The notes under the pieces were generated by a model. The model did no database searches. It saw only the letters and a list, made by a program, of their open reading frames with translations, and had not been told where the DNA came from. Positions 8,177 to 19,000 of a stretch of 64,000 nucleotides of DNA are shown here, piece by piece. This DNA comes from Shigella phage vB_SsoM_113. The position numbers and the translations under genes were made by a program. The DNA lies in sequence record LR746311. One strand, given 5' to 3'. Positions within the stretch are counted from its first letter, which is position 1. Each line of letters opens with the position of its first letter.

Positions 8177-10270
8177 ATGGAACTCATTACAGAATTATTT
8201 GACGAAGATACTACTCTTCCGATTACAAACTTAAATCCAAAGAAGAAAATACCGCAAATTTTTTCAGTTCATGTTGATGACGCAATTGAACAACCAGGTT
8301 TTCGTTTATGTACCTATACATCTGGAGGTGATACTAATCGCGATTTAAAAATGGGCGATAAAATGATGCATATTGTTCCTTTTACATTAACTGCTAAAGG
8401 TTCAATTGCTAAATTAAAAGGTCTCGGTCCAAGCCCAATTAATTACATCAATTCAGTTTTTACTGTTGCGATGCAGACGATGCGTCAGTATAAAATTGAT
8501 GCATGTATGCTCCGTATTCTTAAGTCTAAAACTGCTGGTCAAGCTCGTCAAATTCAACTTATTGCTGATAGACTTATCCGTAGTCGTTCAGGTGGCAGAT
8601 ACGTCCTTCTTAAGGAACTCTGGGATTATGATAAAAAGTATGCATATATTCTTATACATCGCAAAAATGTATCATTAGAAGACATTCCAGGAGTTCCAGA
8701 AATTAGTACCGAGCTCTTTACTAAAGTTGAATCGAAGGTCGGTGATGTTTATATCAATAAAGATACTGGAGCTCAAGTAACTAAAAATGAGGCAATTGCT
8801 GCATCTATTGCGCAAGAAAATGATAAACGTTCTGACCAAGCGGTAATCGTTAAAGTTAAAATTTCCCGTAGAGCAATTGCACAAAGTCAGTCATTGGAAT
8901 CTTCTAGATTTGAAAGTGAATTATTCCAGAAGTATGAATCTACCGCAGCTAATTTCAATAAACCTGCTACAGCTCCTTTAATTCCCGAAGCAGAAGAAAT
9001 GAAGCTTGGAATTAATTCATTAGCTTCTAAAACTAAGGCAGCAAAAATTATTGCTGAAGGAACTGCAGATGAACTTCATTATGACTATAAATTCTTTTCA
9101 AAAAGTGAGGTTAATGAAGTTTCTGAAAAAATTAAAGATGTAATTCTTAATGCGATTAAAAATGAACCAACTACTTCAATAAAATGTTTAGAGAAATACG
9201 CAGCAGCTGTTAATCAATTATTTGAAGAATATAAAGATAACTGGCTTGATAAACATAATAAAACTCGTAAAGGACAAACAGATGAAGTCTGGGAAGAAAT
9301 AACTAAAAATTCCTGGAACGCAGCAAAAACTAAATTCCTCAAACGAATGATTTATAGCTTTTCCGGAATTGGTGCAGGTCCAATGATTGATATTACTATT
9401 GCCCGTGATGGTTCTAAATATACTCCATCACAAAAGCGCGGCATTAGAGAGTATTGTGGTTCAGGATATACTGACATCAATAATCTTCTTTTGGGTCGTT
9501 ACAATCCAGAACGATATGATGTAATGAGTGAAAAAGAAATTGAATCTGCTATAAATAACTTAGATTCAGCTTTTGAAAACGGTGACCGTATACCAGAAGG
9601 CATTACAGTTTATCGTGCTCAAAGCATGACTGCTCCTATATACGAAGCATTAGTTAAAAATAAAGTATTCTATTTCAGAAATTTTGTATCTACTTCTTTA
9701 ACTCCTATCATTTTTGGACGTTTTGGAATTACACATGCTGGTATTGGTCTTTTAGAACCAGAAGCTCGTAATGAATTGACAGTTGATAAAAATGAAGAAG
9801 GAATAACTATTAATCCAAACGAAATAAGAGCATATAAAGAAAATCCTGAATACGTTAAAGTTCAAATAGGATGGGCAATTGATGGAGCTCATAAAGTTAA
9901 TGTTGTATATCCAGGAAGTCTCGGAATAGCAACAGAAGCTGAAGTTATTCTACCACGCGGATTGATGGTCAAAGTTAATAAAATAACTGATGCTTCTAAT
10001 AATGACGGAACAACATCTAATAATACAAAACTCATTCAAGCTGAAGTTATGACTACGGAAGAACTCACCGAATCAGTAATTTATGACGGTGATCGTCTAA
10101 TGGAAACTGGTGAAGTAGTTGCAATGACAGGTGATATTGAAATAGAAGACAGAGTTGATTTTGCATCATTTGTTTCATCAAATGTTAAACAAAAAGTAGA
10201 ATCATCTCTTGGAATTATTGCGTCTTGCATAGATATTGCAAACATGCCTTACAAGTTCGTTCAAGGATAA
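8177..10270 (+). CDS. alt: Alt-type ADP-ribosyltransferase (head-packaged, injected)
   Basis: About 697 aa; N-terminus MELITELFD; C-terminal ART-like motifs (TVYRAQ, FVSTSL, EAEVILPRG). The track starts one ATG earlier (8174). Confidence 0.9.
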   Translation: MELITELFDEDTTLPITNLNPKKKIPQIFSVHVDDAIEQPGFRLCTYTSGGDTNRDLKMGDKMMHIVPFTLTAKGSIAKLKGLGPSPINYINSVFTVAMQTMRQYKIDACMLRILKSKTAGQARQIQLIADRLIRSRSGGRYVLLKELWDYDKKYAYILIHRKNVSLEDIPGVPEISTELFTKVESKVGDVYINKDTGAQVTKNEAIAASIAQENDKRSDQAVIVKVKISRRAIAQSQSLESSRFESELFQKYESTAANFNKPATAPLIPEAEEMKLGINSLASKTKAAKIIAEGTADELHYDYKFFSKSEVNEVSEKIKDVILNAIKNEPTTSIKCLEKYAAAVNQLFEEYKDNWLDKHNKTRKGQTDEVWEEITKNSWNAAKTKFLKRMIYSFSGIGAGPMIDITIARDGSKYTPSQKRGIREYCGSGYTDINNLLLGRYNPERYDVMSEKEIESAINNLDSAFENGDRIPEGITVYRAQSMTAPIYEALVKNKVFYFRNFVSTSLTPIIFGRFGITHAGIGLLEPEARNELTVDKNEEGITINPNEIRAYKENPEYVKVQIGWAIDGAHKVNVVYPGSLGIATEAEVILPRGLMVKVNKITDASNNDGTTSNNTKLIQAEVMTTEELTESVIYDGDRLMETGEVVAMTGDIEIEDRVDFASFVSSNVKQKVESSLGIIASCIDIANMPYKFVQG

Positions 10271-10273
10271 ATC

Positions 10274-12331
10274 ATGGAACTTATTACAGAATTATTTGAC
10301 GGCGCTTCGGCGCCGGTTGTTAACTTAAATCCTAAGCATAAAATACCTCAAATTTTTGCTATTCAAGCCGGTGAAGAAAGCGTGCTTCCTGGATTTAGAT
10401 TTTGTACATACACCTCTGGTGGTGATACAAATAAAAACGTTAAGCCAGGCGATAAAATGATGCATATCGTAATGATAGGTGTCAATGAGAAACTATCATT
10501 AGTTAAACTTAAAAACTTGGGTGGAAATCCAATTGGTGTCATTAATGCCGTTTTTGATACTGCTCTTCAAACAATGAAACAGTATAAAATTGACGCATGC
10601 CTATTCCGCGTACTAAAGAGTAAAACAAATGGCGCAGCTCGTCAAATGCAAGTTATTGCTGACCGTTTAGTACGTACTAAAGGAGCAGGTCGATATGTTC
10701 TTTTAAAAGAAATCTGGGATTATGATAAAAAGTATGCATATATTATGGTTTACCGTAAAAATGCCAATTTAGAAGACATTCCAGGTGTACCTCCTATTTC
10801 AACTGAGTTATTCACAAAAGTTGAATCAAAGGTTGGTGATGTTTATGTAGATGTTAAAACAGGTAATGCTGTTCCTAAAGCCGTTGCTGTGGCTGCTTCT
10901 ATTGCTTTAGAAAATGATAAGCGCACGGATCAAGCTGTTATTCAGAAAACTAAAATTAGCCGTCGATTAGCAGCACAAGCTCAATATTCTACTGTCGATG
11001 CTTCACTTCAGGGTGATAGCTTCGCTGCCAAGAAATATCAAGAGTTTGAATCTAAAGTTCCGGTATATAAAGCAGAAGGACCAATGAACTCTGGTGTTAT
11101 TCAGATTGGTTCCAACTTCAGCAAAGGAGCTATCGGTGGTATGAGAAGTGCTTCTCGTTTTAAATCTAACGATTATGAACTAGAAAGCTTCCGAAATCAT
11201 ATTGCATTGGCCCATGCACGTTTACGTGATCCGTCTATCAGACTGCAGAGCGATATAACATATCAAGGTTCTCAAGAATATTTAAAGAATAAAGAATTTT
11301 TTGATTATAAAACCGATAAAATTTTGAGCGATCTCGCTGACATTAATATTTCTAATAGCTTTGATGTTATTAAGAAAATTGTCAATGATTTAGTTAAAGG
11401 TTCTAAAGCCGCACCAGACGAAAAGGTAGCTATTATTCAATTTGTCATGAATAGCATTTATAAATTGATTAATGAATCTGCTGCTCAGGCATATGAATAC
11501 GCAAGCACCGAAGTAACTCCAAAAGGATTAACTCAGTCTGAGTCTGATGTAATTGAAGATTATTGTGCAGATTCATATGTTGAAATGAACTCGTTCCTCT
11601 TGGGTAAACCAGATTCTACCCGTGAAGAATACATGGAACGAGCTATTAAACACATCGAGACGCTGGATTCTGCATTCGCCAAAGGATCAGTTCTTCCTCC
11701 AGGAACTACGCTTTATCGTGGGCAAGAAGTTACTTTTAAAACTTTACGTCATAATATTGAAAATAAAATGTTCTATTTTAAGAACTTCGTATCAACATCG
11801 CTTAAACCAAATATCTTCGGTGAGCATGGTAAAAACTATATGGCTCTAGATGATTCAGGTGCAGTATTTTCTGGTGAAGGAGAAGGTTCTGTTGATGCTG
11901 AAGATTTAATGCATATGGGTAGTCATTCTGCATATGCTAATGAAGATGCTGAAGCTAGCGTAGGTATGGTAATTAAAGGGGCTGAGCGAATCAAAGTTAT
12001 CGTTCCAGGTCATTTATCAGGATTTCCATCAGAAGCTGAAGTTATTCTACCACGTGGAATTTTGTTAAAGATTAATAAAGTAAGCACGTACATGATGAAA
12101 GAAACTGCTTATAACAAGTATCTAATCGAAGGCACAATCGTTCCTCCTTCTGAACAATTAGAAGAATCAGTATATGATGGCGATCATCTAATGGAAACTG
12201 GTGAAGTTCGTCCAATGGCTAGGTTTAATCAATTCCTTGTAGAAGAATCAAAAGAAGAGGAAAACGAAGTTTCTCAAATCTTGGCTTCTTTGGTTAACAT
12301 CAATGGAATGTCTAAAAAGTTCAAGATGTAG
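10274..12331 (+). CDS. second Alt-like ADP-ribosyltransferase (tandem paralogue)
   Basis: 685 aa; N-terminal ~220 aa closely similar to the upstream alt product (MELITELFD..., YKIDAC, GRYVLLKE.WDYDKKYAYI); diverged middle; C-terminal motifs TLYRGQ, FVSTSL, EAEVILPRG. Confidence 0.85.
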   Translation: MELITELFDGASAPVVNLNPKHKIPQIFAIQAGEESVLPGFRFCTYTSGGDTNKNVKPGDKMMHIVMIGVNEKLSLVKLKNLGGNPIGVINAVFDTALQTMKQYKIDACLFRVLKSKTNGAARQMQVIADRLVRTKGAGRYVLLKEIWDYDKKYAYIMVYRKNANLEDIPGVPPISTELFTKVESKVGDVYVDVKTGNAVPKAVAVAASIALENDKRTDQAVIQKTKISRRLAAQAQYSTVDASLQGDSFAAKKYQEFESKVPVYKAEGPMNSGVIQIGSNFSKGAIGGMRSASRFKSNDYELESFRNHIALAHARLRDPSIRLQSDITYQGSQEYLKNKEFFDYKTDKILSDLADINISNSFDVIKKIVNDLVKGSKAAPDEKVAIIQFVMNSIYKLINESAAQAYEYASTEVTPKGLTQSESDVIEDYCADSYVEMNSFLLGKPDSTREEYMERAIKHIETLDSAFAKGSVLPPGTTLYRGQEVTFKTLRHNIENKMFYFKNFVSTSLKPNIFGEHGKNYMALDDSGAVFSGEGEGSVDAEDLMHMGSHSAYANEDAEASVGMVIKGAERIKVIVPGHLSGFPSEAEVILPRGILLKINKVSTYMMKETAYNKYLIEGTIVPPSEQLEESVYDGDHLMETGEVRPMARFNQFLVEESKEEENEVSQILASLVNINGMSKKFKM

Positions 12332-12332
12332 T

Positions 12333-12360
12333 TTACAAGTCCATCGTGTTGTGTTATAAT
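12333..12360 (+). promoter_or_regulatory. early-type promoter
   Basis: GTTTAC, 17-18 nt spacer, TGTTATAAT, upstream of the 12392 ORF. Confidence 0.45.
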
Positions 12361-12391
12361 AATCTTACTGACATAACATGAGGAACACAAA

Positions 12392-12682
12392 ATGAAATCT
12401 TCTTTACGCTTTTTAGGTCAAGAACTTATAGTTGAAGGCGTTATTCCTGCTGATAATGCTTTTAATGAAGCAGTTTATGATGAATTTATCAAAATTTTTG
12501 GAATAGATAAAAAGTTCGGAATTTTTCCTTCTGAAAATTTTTCAAAGCCAGAGCAGACTGAAAGCATTTTCCAAGGTGTAGTAACAGGTAAATTCGAGTC
12601 AGAAGCTCCGGTAAAAATTGAAGTTTATATTGAAGACAGTTTAGTTGCTTCAGTTGCTGCTTTTATTTCATTCCGTAAATAA
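12392..12682 (+). CDS. hypothetical protein (96 aa)
   Basis: ORF track; RBS GAGGAA upstream; last + strand gene before the convergent late cluster. Confidence 0.5.
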   Translation: MKSSLRFLGQELIVEGVIPADNAFNEAVYDEFIKIFGIDKKFGIFPSENFSKPEQTESIFQGVVTGKFESEAPVKIEVYIEDSLVASVAAFISFRK

Positions 12683-12686
12683 AAAT

Positions 12687-12708
12687 ATGGGGACCAAAAG
12701 GTCCCCAT
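12687..12708. terminator. bidirectional stem-loop terminator between convergent transcription units
   Basis: ATGGGGACC-AAAA-GGTCCCCAT located between the + strand ORF ending at 12682 and the gp54 stop at 12711. Confidence 0.55.
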
Positions 12709-12710
12709 TG

Positions 12711-13676
12711 TTATATTGCTCCTAATATTTTACTTTGCGAATTGACAATTCCCGTCATAGTATTAATGTTTGAAATGCTTCCAGCAGTTCCCCCTAATCT
12801 ACTAAGTCGTGAAAGCGAATTAGATAATCCAGTAACACCTCCACTATTTCCGAGAACGCTTTGAATGCCATTTATAGCAGCAGATTCAAGCCACTCAAGC
12901 GCAGCTTGTCTATCAACTGACCCAGCTTGCATGACTCTATACGCAAAAGTAACATCAAATGTAGTTATTTGGTTATCTCCATCATATGATAACTCAGGAG
13001 CGCTCACTGACACTGGAATGCATCCGGTGAACATCACTGCAGTATGAGGTAATCCATTACGAGCATGAAGATTAACCTGAATATCTGCCTCGACATCTTG
13101 TGGCAAAGCGCGCAGTCCAGTTACTGGGTCTTGAACAGCGTTAACCCAGTCTTGCATTGCACGATAGTTACAAGCTTCTGAATCCATTCTAAATGAAATA
13201 ACCAAAGGGTCTAATTCTCTCCCAGTTATACGAATATTAGGAGAGTTATAGTTCCAGTCAGTTTCATAGGATAATCTATTCTCTGGCATTTTTACAGAAT
13301 ATATCATCAATCCAGACGAGTTATATGCCATGTTAAAGAAGTCAATTAAATATGTACCGACGGTAAATGAGCCCAATAAACTTTGAACTGTACGTTGACT
13401 CATGGCACCAATAAGATATTTACTAACCCCTGATTTTCTTATCAGTTTTTGTGTGCCAGCAGTAATTAGCGTGGTAATTCCCTGATTAATATCGCCTTGA
13501 GACAATCCTAACCAGTCTGAATTTAAACCCAAATTATTATAAGAAAAGTTGCTAATTGAACTTATCAACGAAGAGCTTTTAGTTGATGGAGTTGTCGCAA
13601 AAACACAGCTAAACATATTATTACGTTGAAAATCTGCGTTTATTGCTTGATTATTAAATTCCTCTAAAGAATACAT
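12711..13676 (-). CDS. 54: baseplate tail-tube initiator gp54
   Basis: 321 aa; length and gene order (54-48-29-28-27-51) match T4. Confidence 0.88.
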   Translation of the reverse strand: MYSLEEFNNQAINADFQRNNMFSCVFATTPSTKSSSLISSISNFSYNNLGLNSDWLGLSQGDINQGITTLITAGTQKLIRKSGVSKYLIGAMSQRTVQSLLGSFTVGTYLIDFFNMAYNSSGLMIYSVKMPENRLSYETDWNYNSPNIRITGRELDPLVISFRMDSEACNYRAMQDWVNAVQDPVTGLRALPQDVEADIQVNLHARNGLPHTAVMFTGCIPVSVSAPELSYDGDNQITTFDVTFAYRVMQAGSVDRQAALEWLESAAINGIQSVLGNSGGVTGLSNSLSRLSRLGGTAGSISNINTMTGIVNSQSKILGAI

Positions 13677-14770
13677 TAAAAAGTCCCCGCATATAAAGAA
13701 GCACGATTTAACGTGATAATTTCTCTCATAGTAATCTCAAGAGTAAATGTACTAGGGAGGTTTGGAGCAATAGCTAATCCGTTAAAATTACCATTCGGAG
13801 TTTTATCAAATCTAATACTTTGAATTTGACACGGTCCAAACACTTCTGTTTTTCCGTCAAATTTAGAAGTTGCGCCAAAGTTTTTAACCATCCAAATTGT
13901 CGGGTTTGAAACTACAAGAACGTTAGTTAAACTCGATGTCATTTTCTCAAATAACGTCTTATTTTTAACTGCATCTTCTGGAGTTAATGGCTCAATAAAA
14001 GTAGAGCGATACCACTCATCTAAATATCCTTTTATTTCAGCAGCATATTGAGATTTACCCGTTTCACCATAAGAAAAATAGTTAAAATATTGATAGATAT
14101 TAATAATAGCCATTAAATCTTCTGTGGAACGCGGAGTCAAATCCCAAGTGAACACTTTAGTTCTATTCTCAGCACCACCATACATACTTCTGGCTGTCGT
14201 ATAAATCTGTTCATTATTATCAGCCATTATACCTTGTGTTATACTTTCCAGTGCTCCAAATACTGCAGTTGAAGCCATATTGCTTAACACGCCAGTAGCA
14301 GTACCTCCACCTTTTGTAATAAGACTATCTTGAACATCGTTAAATCTATGTGATGATGTATCAACATCGGATTTAGATCTCGGTAAAAGAATATTTGCAA
14401 CAGGAACTTTACTTATTGTTCCTGAATTATTATCTGATATTAATCCATTTGACAGTTTTGATACTGTATTACTGATAGTGTTTCTGGCTGTACGTAAAAT
14501 ACTAGAAGATGAAGAAGAGTAGTTAGATCTCATCGTTCTGAGACTTCCAGAATCCCTAGATGACATATTGTATGCAGTAAATAATAATCCATTCTTATAT
14601 AGATCTGTTACCTGGAAGTCCCCTGTAGTGTCATTCCCACTAGCACGCCCAGTTGGAAACTGGGCTGTGTATGTTTTAGTTCCTACTTCTGATTTAGTAC
14701 TCTGTCCGGCTGAAATTTTCTCACCGGACTTTTTAATTAAATCAGCAGTTATTTCTTTAACAATTGCCAT
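13676..14770 (-). CDS. 48: baseplate tail-tube cap gp48
   Basis: 364 aa as in T4; synteny. Confidence 0.88.
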   Translation of the reverse strand: MAIVKEITADLIKKSGEKISAGQSTKSEVGTKTYTAQFPTGRASGNDTTGDFQVTDLYKNGLLFTAYNMSSRDSGSLRTMRSNYSSSSSSILRTARNTISNTVSKLSNGLISDNNSGTISKVPVANILLPRSKSDVDTSSHRFNDVQDSLITKGGGTATGVLSNMASTAVFGALESITQGIMADNNEQIYTTARSMYGGAENRTKVFTWDLTPRSTEDLMAIINIYQYFNYFSYGETGKSQYAAEIKGYLDEWYRSTFIEPLTPEDAVKNKTLFEKMTSSLTNVLVVSNPTIWMVKNFGATSKFDGKTEVFGPCQIQSIRFDKTPNGNFNGLAIAPNLPSTFTLEITMREIITLNRASLYAGTF

Positions 14771-14778
14771 ATTATTCC

Positions 14779-16551
14779 TTAATTAACTCCAGTCGCGCCA
14801 AATACACCAGGAGCAGTTGTGCTCGTTACGGGTGTCATATTATGAACGACAGTATTTTTCTTAATAACATTATTAGTATTATTGATCGAAGGAGATGCTT
14901 GTTGAACAGGAGCCTGTTGTGCTTTGTTCTTTTCTATTACCTGGACTTGTTTTGCTTCTGGCGATTTAGCAGAAGTTTCAGGTTTGGCATTAGGCTGATT
15001 TTTCTTGAGCTCTTGATAAGTAGCATCAATTTTAGAAAATCTAGCAGCAAGTTCTTTTTTAACTGCTGGTGAATTATTTAAATCCGGGTCATCCATCCGT
15101 TTTTTAAGGTCTTCATAGGCAGCTTCAACTGATTTAACCGTTGAGTCTTTACTCATATCAGCCGAATCAGCGTATTTTTCAAAACGAATCATCGCAGCAC
15201 GAGCTTCATTAGCCTTCATTAAAGCGTTTTTTCTTTCTTCTGGTGAAAGTTGCTTTAATTTTTCTTCTTCTGCTGCGCGTTCTTCATCAGTTGTCAATGC
15301 TTCTTTATTATCAACACCACGAATCCAGTTAGATGCACGGGTTTTCCAATTAGCAATTTTATCTAATCCTTTTGCTATTGGACCAAGATCGTCATTCATT
15401 CGTTTATCTTGATAATTTGCTACTTTTTCTTGGTCTTCTTTATTGAGAGATGCTCCAGTAGAATTTTGGAAATTTTCTAATGCTCTTCCTTCTACTTCAT
15501 CAGCAGTATCTTTCATACCAGGAATAACTCGAAGAATTGCTGCTGATAATTTAGCCATTCCAAGTTGAATAAGTTCTCCTAAATTATAAAGAACACTTCC
15601 AAGTCCTTCCACAATAGCTACTGTCAATCCACCCCAGTCTCCAGCTTCCCAGAACTTTTTAATTTTATCAATAGATTTAAAGATGCTCTGTAATAAAGGA
15701 CCCCAAGTTCCGGTTTCGCTTGAAAAAGTTTTAAAATCAGTGCTAAACAAATCCCAGGCTTTTGAAAATTTATCTGACCAATATTTAAAATGAACCATCA
15801 GTAGGTCTATTCCAATAACAACAGCCATTATTAATGCAACCATTTTAGCAGCTTCAATAGCAGCACTGACAGTATACTTAAATAGCATGCTTGATATTTT
15901 ATCAGTAATTGAAATGGATTTTTTAAATCCAAAATCAACAGTCTTTGTTAATTTATCTAAAGCTTGAGATAATTTTAAATTAAATGCTTCTTTTTTCTGT
16001 TTTTCTTCCGGTGACTCTCGCTTAGGTTCAACTGGTTGAGGGGCAGGGAAAAAATCAGCGTCAGGATCATTATTAACTGCTTCAGGAGCTGGTAATAATG
16101 GACCAACAAATTCAGCTGTATCATCCTCAACAACTTTAACGGGAATAGCACTTTCGACTACAGCTAAGCTGGTTCCTGTCTGTTGAATTCCAGCTGTTTG
16201 AATTTTTTGTTCTAGTAAACTCGTTAATTTATCTAATTTACTTCCGAGTGATTCACCGATTTCTTTATTAATATTGTTGCCAATTTCTACAGTTTCAGCA
16301 ATTAACTCAGAACCAGCAGTAGTATCACTCACTGCGCTTTCGACATTGTCAATTGCTCCAATTATTTCATTCGATTTTTCTTCAACAGTTTGAGCTATTA
16401 ATTCAGAAGCAGCTTGAGCATCATCCAATTTTGTAGAAATGTCATTAAGCCCAGATAAAGTGTTAGAAGCGGATTTAGCCGCTTCCTGAACTGGTTTATT
16501 ATCTGAAATAACTTTTCTACGCATCGTTTGCATTTCTTGTGGCTTTTTCAT
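14779..16551 (-). CDS. 29: tail length tape-measure / baseplate hub protein gp29
   Basis: 590 aa as in T4; extended coiled-coil-like sequence; synteny. Confidence 0.9.
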   Translation of the reverse strand: MKKPQEMQTMRRKVISDNKPVQEAAKSASNTLSGLNDISTKLDDAQAASELIAQTVEEKSNEIIGAIDNVESAVSDTTAGSELIAETVEIGNNINKEIGESLGSKLDKLTSLLEQKIQTAGIQQTGTSLAVVESAIPVKVVEDDTAEFVGPLLPAPEAVNNDPDADFFPAPQPVEPKRESPEEKQKKEAFNLKLSQALDKLTKTVDFGFKKSISITDKISSMLFKYTVSAAIEAAKMVALIMAVVIGIDLLMVHFKYWSDKFSKAWDLFSTDFKTFSSETGTWGPLLQSIFKSIDKIKKFWEAGDWGGLTVAIVEGLGSVLYNLGELIQLGMAKLSAAILRVIPGMKDTADEVEGRALENFQNSTGASLNKEDQEKVANYQDKRMNDDLGPIAKGLDKIANWKTRASNWIRGVDNKEALTTDEERAAEEEKLKQLSPEERKNALMKANEARAAMIRFEKYADSADMSKDSTVKSVEAAYEDLKKRMDDPDLNNSPAVKKELAARFSKIDATYQELKKNQPNAKPETSAKSPEAKQVQVIEKNKAQQAPVQQASPSINNTNNVIKKNTVVHNMTPVTSTTAPGVFGATGVN

Positions 16552-17081
16552 TCAAATAATCCAATAATATTGCCAATTCCAGTTATTGGACCATTAGGGC
16601 CAGGAATTGCTAAAGTTGTAGAAATATCATTTGCCCATTTTAATACAAATGCTGGCATCTCAAGAAAATTAATTTCTTTAACTTCATCATTGACCTTAAG
16701 CAAGCATTTAGATAACATATCGCTTACTGTCAAAAATTGCTCAAATTTTCCAGGAGGTCTAAAATAAAATGTATTTCCTTGGTATTGAAATTCTAATCTT
16801 TGGCATACATAAACGTCATTTATGTCATAAGTATAACCATCTATTTCTTTACGAGATTTAATCTTTCCATTAAATTCCAATAAATGAATGGAAACGAAAT
16901 CAACTTCTGCTGGTGATAAATTCGGACAAATAGAATCGATCAAAAGTTTTAAATTTTCATCAGGACCTTTAACATCTTTTAAAATGTTATAATGTTTAAG
17001 ACCCATTTTAGGAATAGAAACTTCTTTATTGCTTATTGGAAGAACTACTTTCTTCAGTGGTAGTATCAGATTTAAATTCAT
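16548..17081 (-). CDS. 28: baseplate hub distal subunit gp28
   Basis: 177 aa as in T4; N-terminal 56 nt overlap the 3' end of gene 27. Confidence 0.82.
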   Translation of the reverse strand: MNLNLILPLKKVVLPISNKEVSIPKMGLKHYNILKDVKGPDENLKLLIDSICPNLSPAEVDFVSIHLLEFNGKIKSRKEIDGYTYDINDVYVCQRLEFQYQGNTFYFRPPGKFEQFLTVSDMLSKCLLKVNDEVKEINFLEMPAFVLKWANDISTTLAIPGPNGPITGIGNIIGLFE

Positions 17082-18201
17082 TTTTAACCTTAACTGGGTC
17101 TATTGTTTCCAGTTTCGTTGCATTAGTGAACATATATAGATGAGTTACTGAATTATTATTGGATAATTCATGGATAACTTCATCAACGTAAAATTCTGTT
17201 TTAAATTGGTTTTTACTATCATTAAAAATAATTTTAACGCCAGGAGTCAAGTTAAAATTACCGACAGTAGAACATTTAGCATAGCCATCGTATTGCGCCA
17301 TAGTTTGAAGACGAATAGCTTCTTCATATCCATTCCTATAAGTCATTTCAGAATAAGCACCCGACCTTGACACTACAATAGAGTTTTCTCCCTTTCCTGT
17401 AGTAATCATTGGCAATGAAGAGTCTAAAAATGAATGCGCATAGATAGTAGCGTTTTTCATTGGGTCACGTTTGTGAGGATTCGATTTAGTCAACCAAATG
17501 AAATCATATGCTAATGGATATTTTAATTCTTGGATGAATTGACCTATTAAAGATGGCTCACCGACAATCATTGGATATGGTTCTTGATTTATCATCATAT
17601 CATAGTCCATCATGTTAACTCCCATGATGTCTTGCCATACAAATACAAATTTGTCACTTCCTACAGCTAGAGCAACTTCTCTGACATACGACAAATAGTT
17701 TTCAAATGTGCTAGTCCATGGAATATCAGGAACATAAGCATTTATAGCATTTATTGCTGGAGTTAATAACGTGCGATCCTGATAAATGACACCAAGCATT
17801 TCCTTTATAGATTCACCTGCATCAGGGAAAAACGGTCTGCCAAATTTAAGATTTTCTATAGAATGAATAGTTCCCAATTCAATAGCAATGATGTTATCAC
17901 CCTTTGAATCTACCGATACGGAAAAGTGCTTACATCCATAAATTCGTGTTTTAACATTATTAATATCGTTTGCATTAGCTACAGAAATCTGAATTATTTC
18001 ATTTCCATCCATTTTTGTATGGATATTTTTAGAATCATAAAACTGCAGCATTCCTTCATTTCGACCATAAAGAGAATCCCGCATAGTTAATGTGGTAATA
18101 GTAGCAGCTAATTCAACAAATCTATTATTACTCCAAGCGTCATAACTCTCAAATAATTTAACGCTGAGATTTGGATATCCGGGGCGTTGCAACATACTCA
18201 T
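17026..18201 (-). CDS. 27: baseplate hub subunit gp27
   Basis: 391 aa as in T4; synteny. Confidence 0.9.
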   Translation of the reverse strand: MSMLQRPGYPNLSVKLFESYDAWSNNRFVELAATITTLTMRDSLYGRNEGMLQFYDSKNIHTKMDGNEIIQISVANANDINNVKTRIYGCKHFSVSVDSKGDNIIAIELGTIHSIENLKFGRPFFPDAGESIKEMLGVIYQDRTLLTPAINAINAYVPDIPWTSTFENYLSYVREVALAVGSDKFVFVWQDIMGVNMMDYDMMINQEPYPMIVGEPSLIGQFIQELKYPLAYDFIWLTKSNPHKRDPMKNATIYAHSFLDSSLPMITTGKGENSIVVSRSGAYSEMTYRNGYEEAIRLQTMAQYDGYAKCSTVGNFNLTPGVKIIFNDSKNQFKTEFYVDEVIHELSNNNSVTHLYMFTNATKLETIDPVKVKNEFKSDTTTEESSSSNKQ

Positions 18202-18950
18202 TGTTGTTTATCCTTCTCAATCAGTTTTAATACGAATCCGCGCTCAGCAGGAATCATTTTCATTATTGAATTTAAGCTATAATTACTTTTTACGAGCGTG
18301 TGATTGATTTGATAAAAAGTAAATATTTCATCTGGGTTAACTAATAGCTTAAACACATCTACTATATCAGTGTATTTTTTTACATACTTATTACAACACG
18401 ACATATGCAGTGTTAAATTAATAGGATTCATTGCATCGAGAATTTTTTCTAATGTTTCTATCTCGATGGCGTCAACAAGTTCTATTTGACTCGATTCGCT
18501 AATTTCCTTCCAATCATACCACATTTCATCTACTTGAACAGAATGAATATTTTCAGTAATCATCTTTGCTTTATTTTCATAAAACTCAGAAGGAAACTTT
18601 AATTTAATTTTAACATTAGCTACATCAAAAACAGGTTCCTTTAATTCTTTTTGATATATTTCAAATGGAACTGTCTTTTCTTTTTTGCATTTTGGACATA
18701 CAAATGTGACCGGTACTTTAGTTTTACCTATTGACCCTACAAATACCTGCAAAAATATAAATGGTTGCCAAGTCTTCGGATAGTCTCCAAAATAATCGGC
18801 AATTAAATCAGCAATTATTTCTTTTTGTTCTTGCGGTGACCGATGTTCTATATCGTTTCGAACTAACAAAAAATCTCGATAATCTTCTACCGTAAATGGT
18901 TTAAAACGATGAACACCATCTGGTAATTTACAACGAATAATGTTTGCCAT
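18198..18950 (-). CDS. 51: baseplate hub assembly catalyst gp51
   Basis: 250 aa (T4: 249); synteny. Confidence 0.85.
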   Translation of the reverse strand: MANIIRCKLPDGVHRFKPFTVEDYRDFLLVRNDIEHRSPQEQKEIIADLIADYFGDYPKTWQPFIFLQVFVGSIGKTKVPVTFVCPKCKKEKTVPFEIYQKELKEPVFDVANVKIKLKFPSEFYENKAKMITENIHSVQVDEMWYDWKEISESSQIELVDAIEIETLEKILDAMNPINLTLHMSCCNKYVKKYTDIVDVFKLLVNPDEIFTFYQINHTLVKSNYSLNSIMKMIPAERGFVLKLIEKDKQQ

Positions 18951-18967
18951 AGATGCTCCTTTTATTC

Positions 18968-18979
18968 TATTTATAAATA
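18968..18979. promoter_or_regulatory. divergent overlapping late promoters (TATAAATA on both strands) for genes 51 and 26
   Basis: ctaTTTATAAATAtg contains TATAAATA on the + strand and its reverse complement on the - strand, in the 51/26 intergenic region. Confidence 0.5.
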
Positions 18980-19000
18980 TGATAAATAAAGGAGCTAAAT

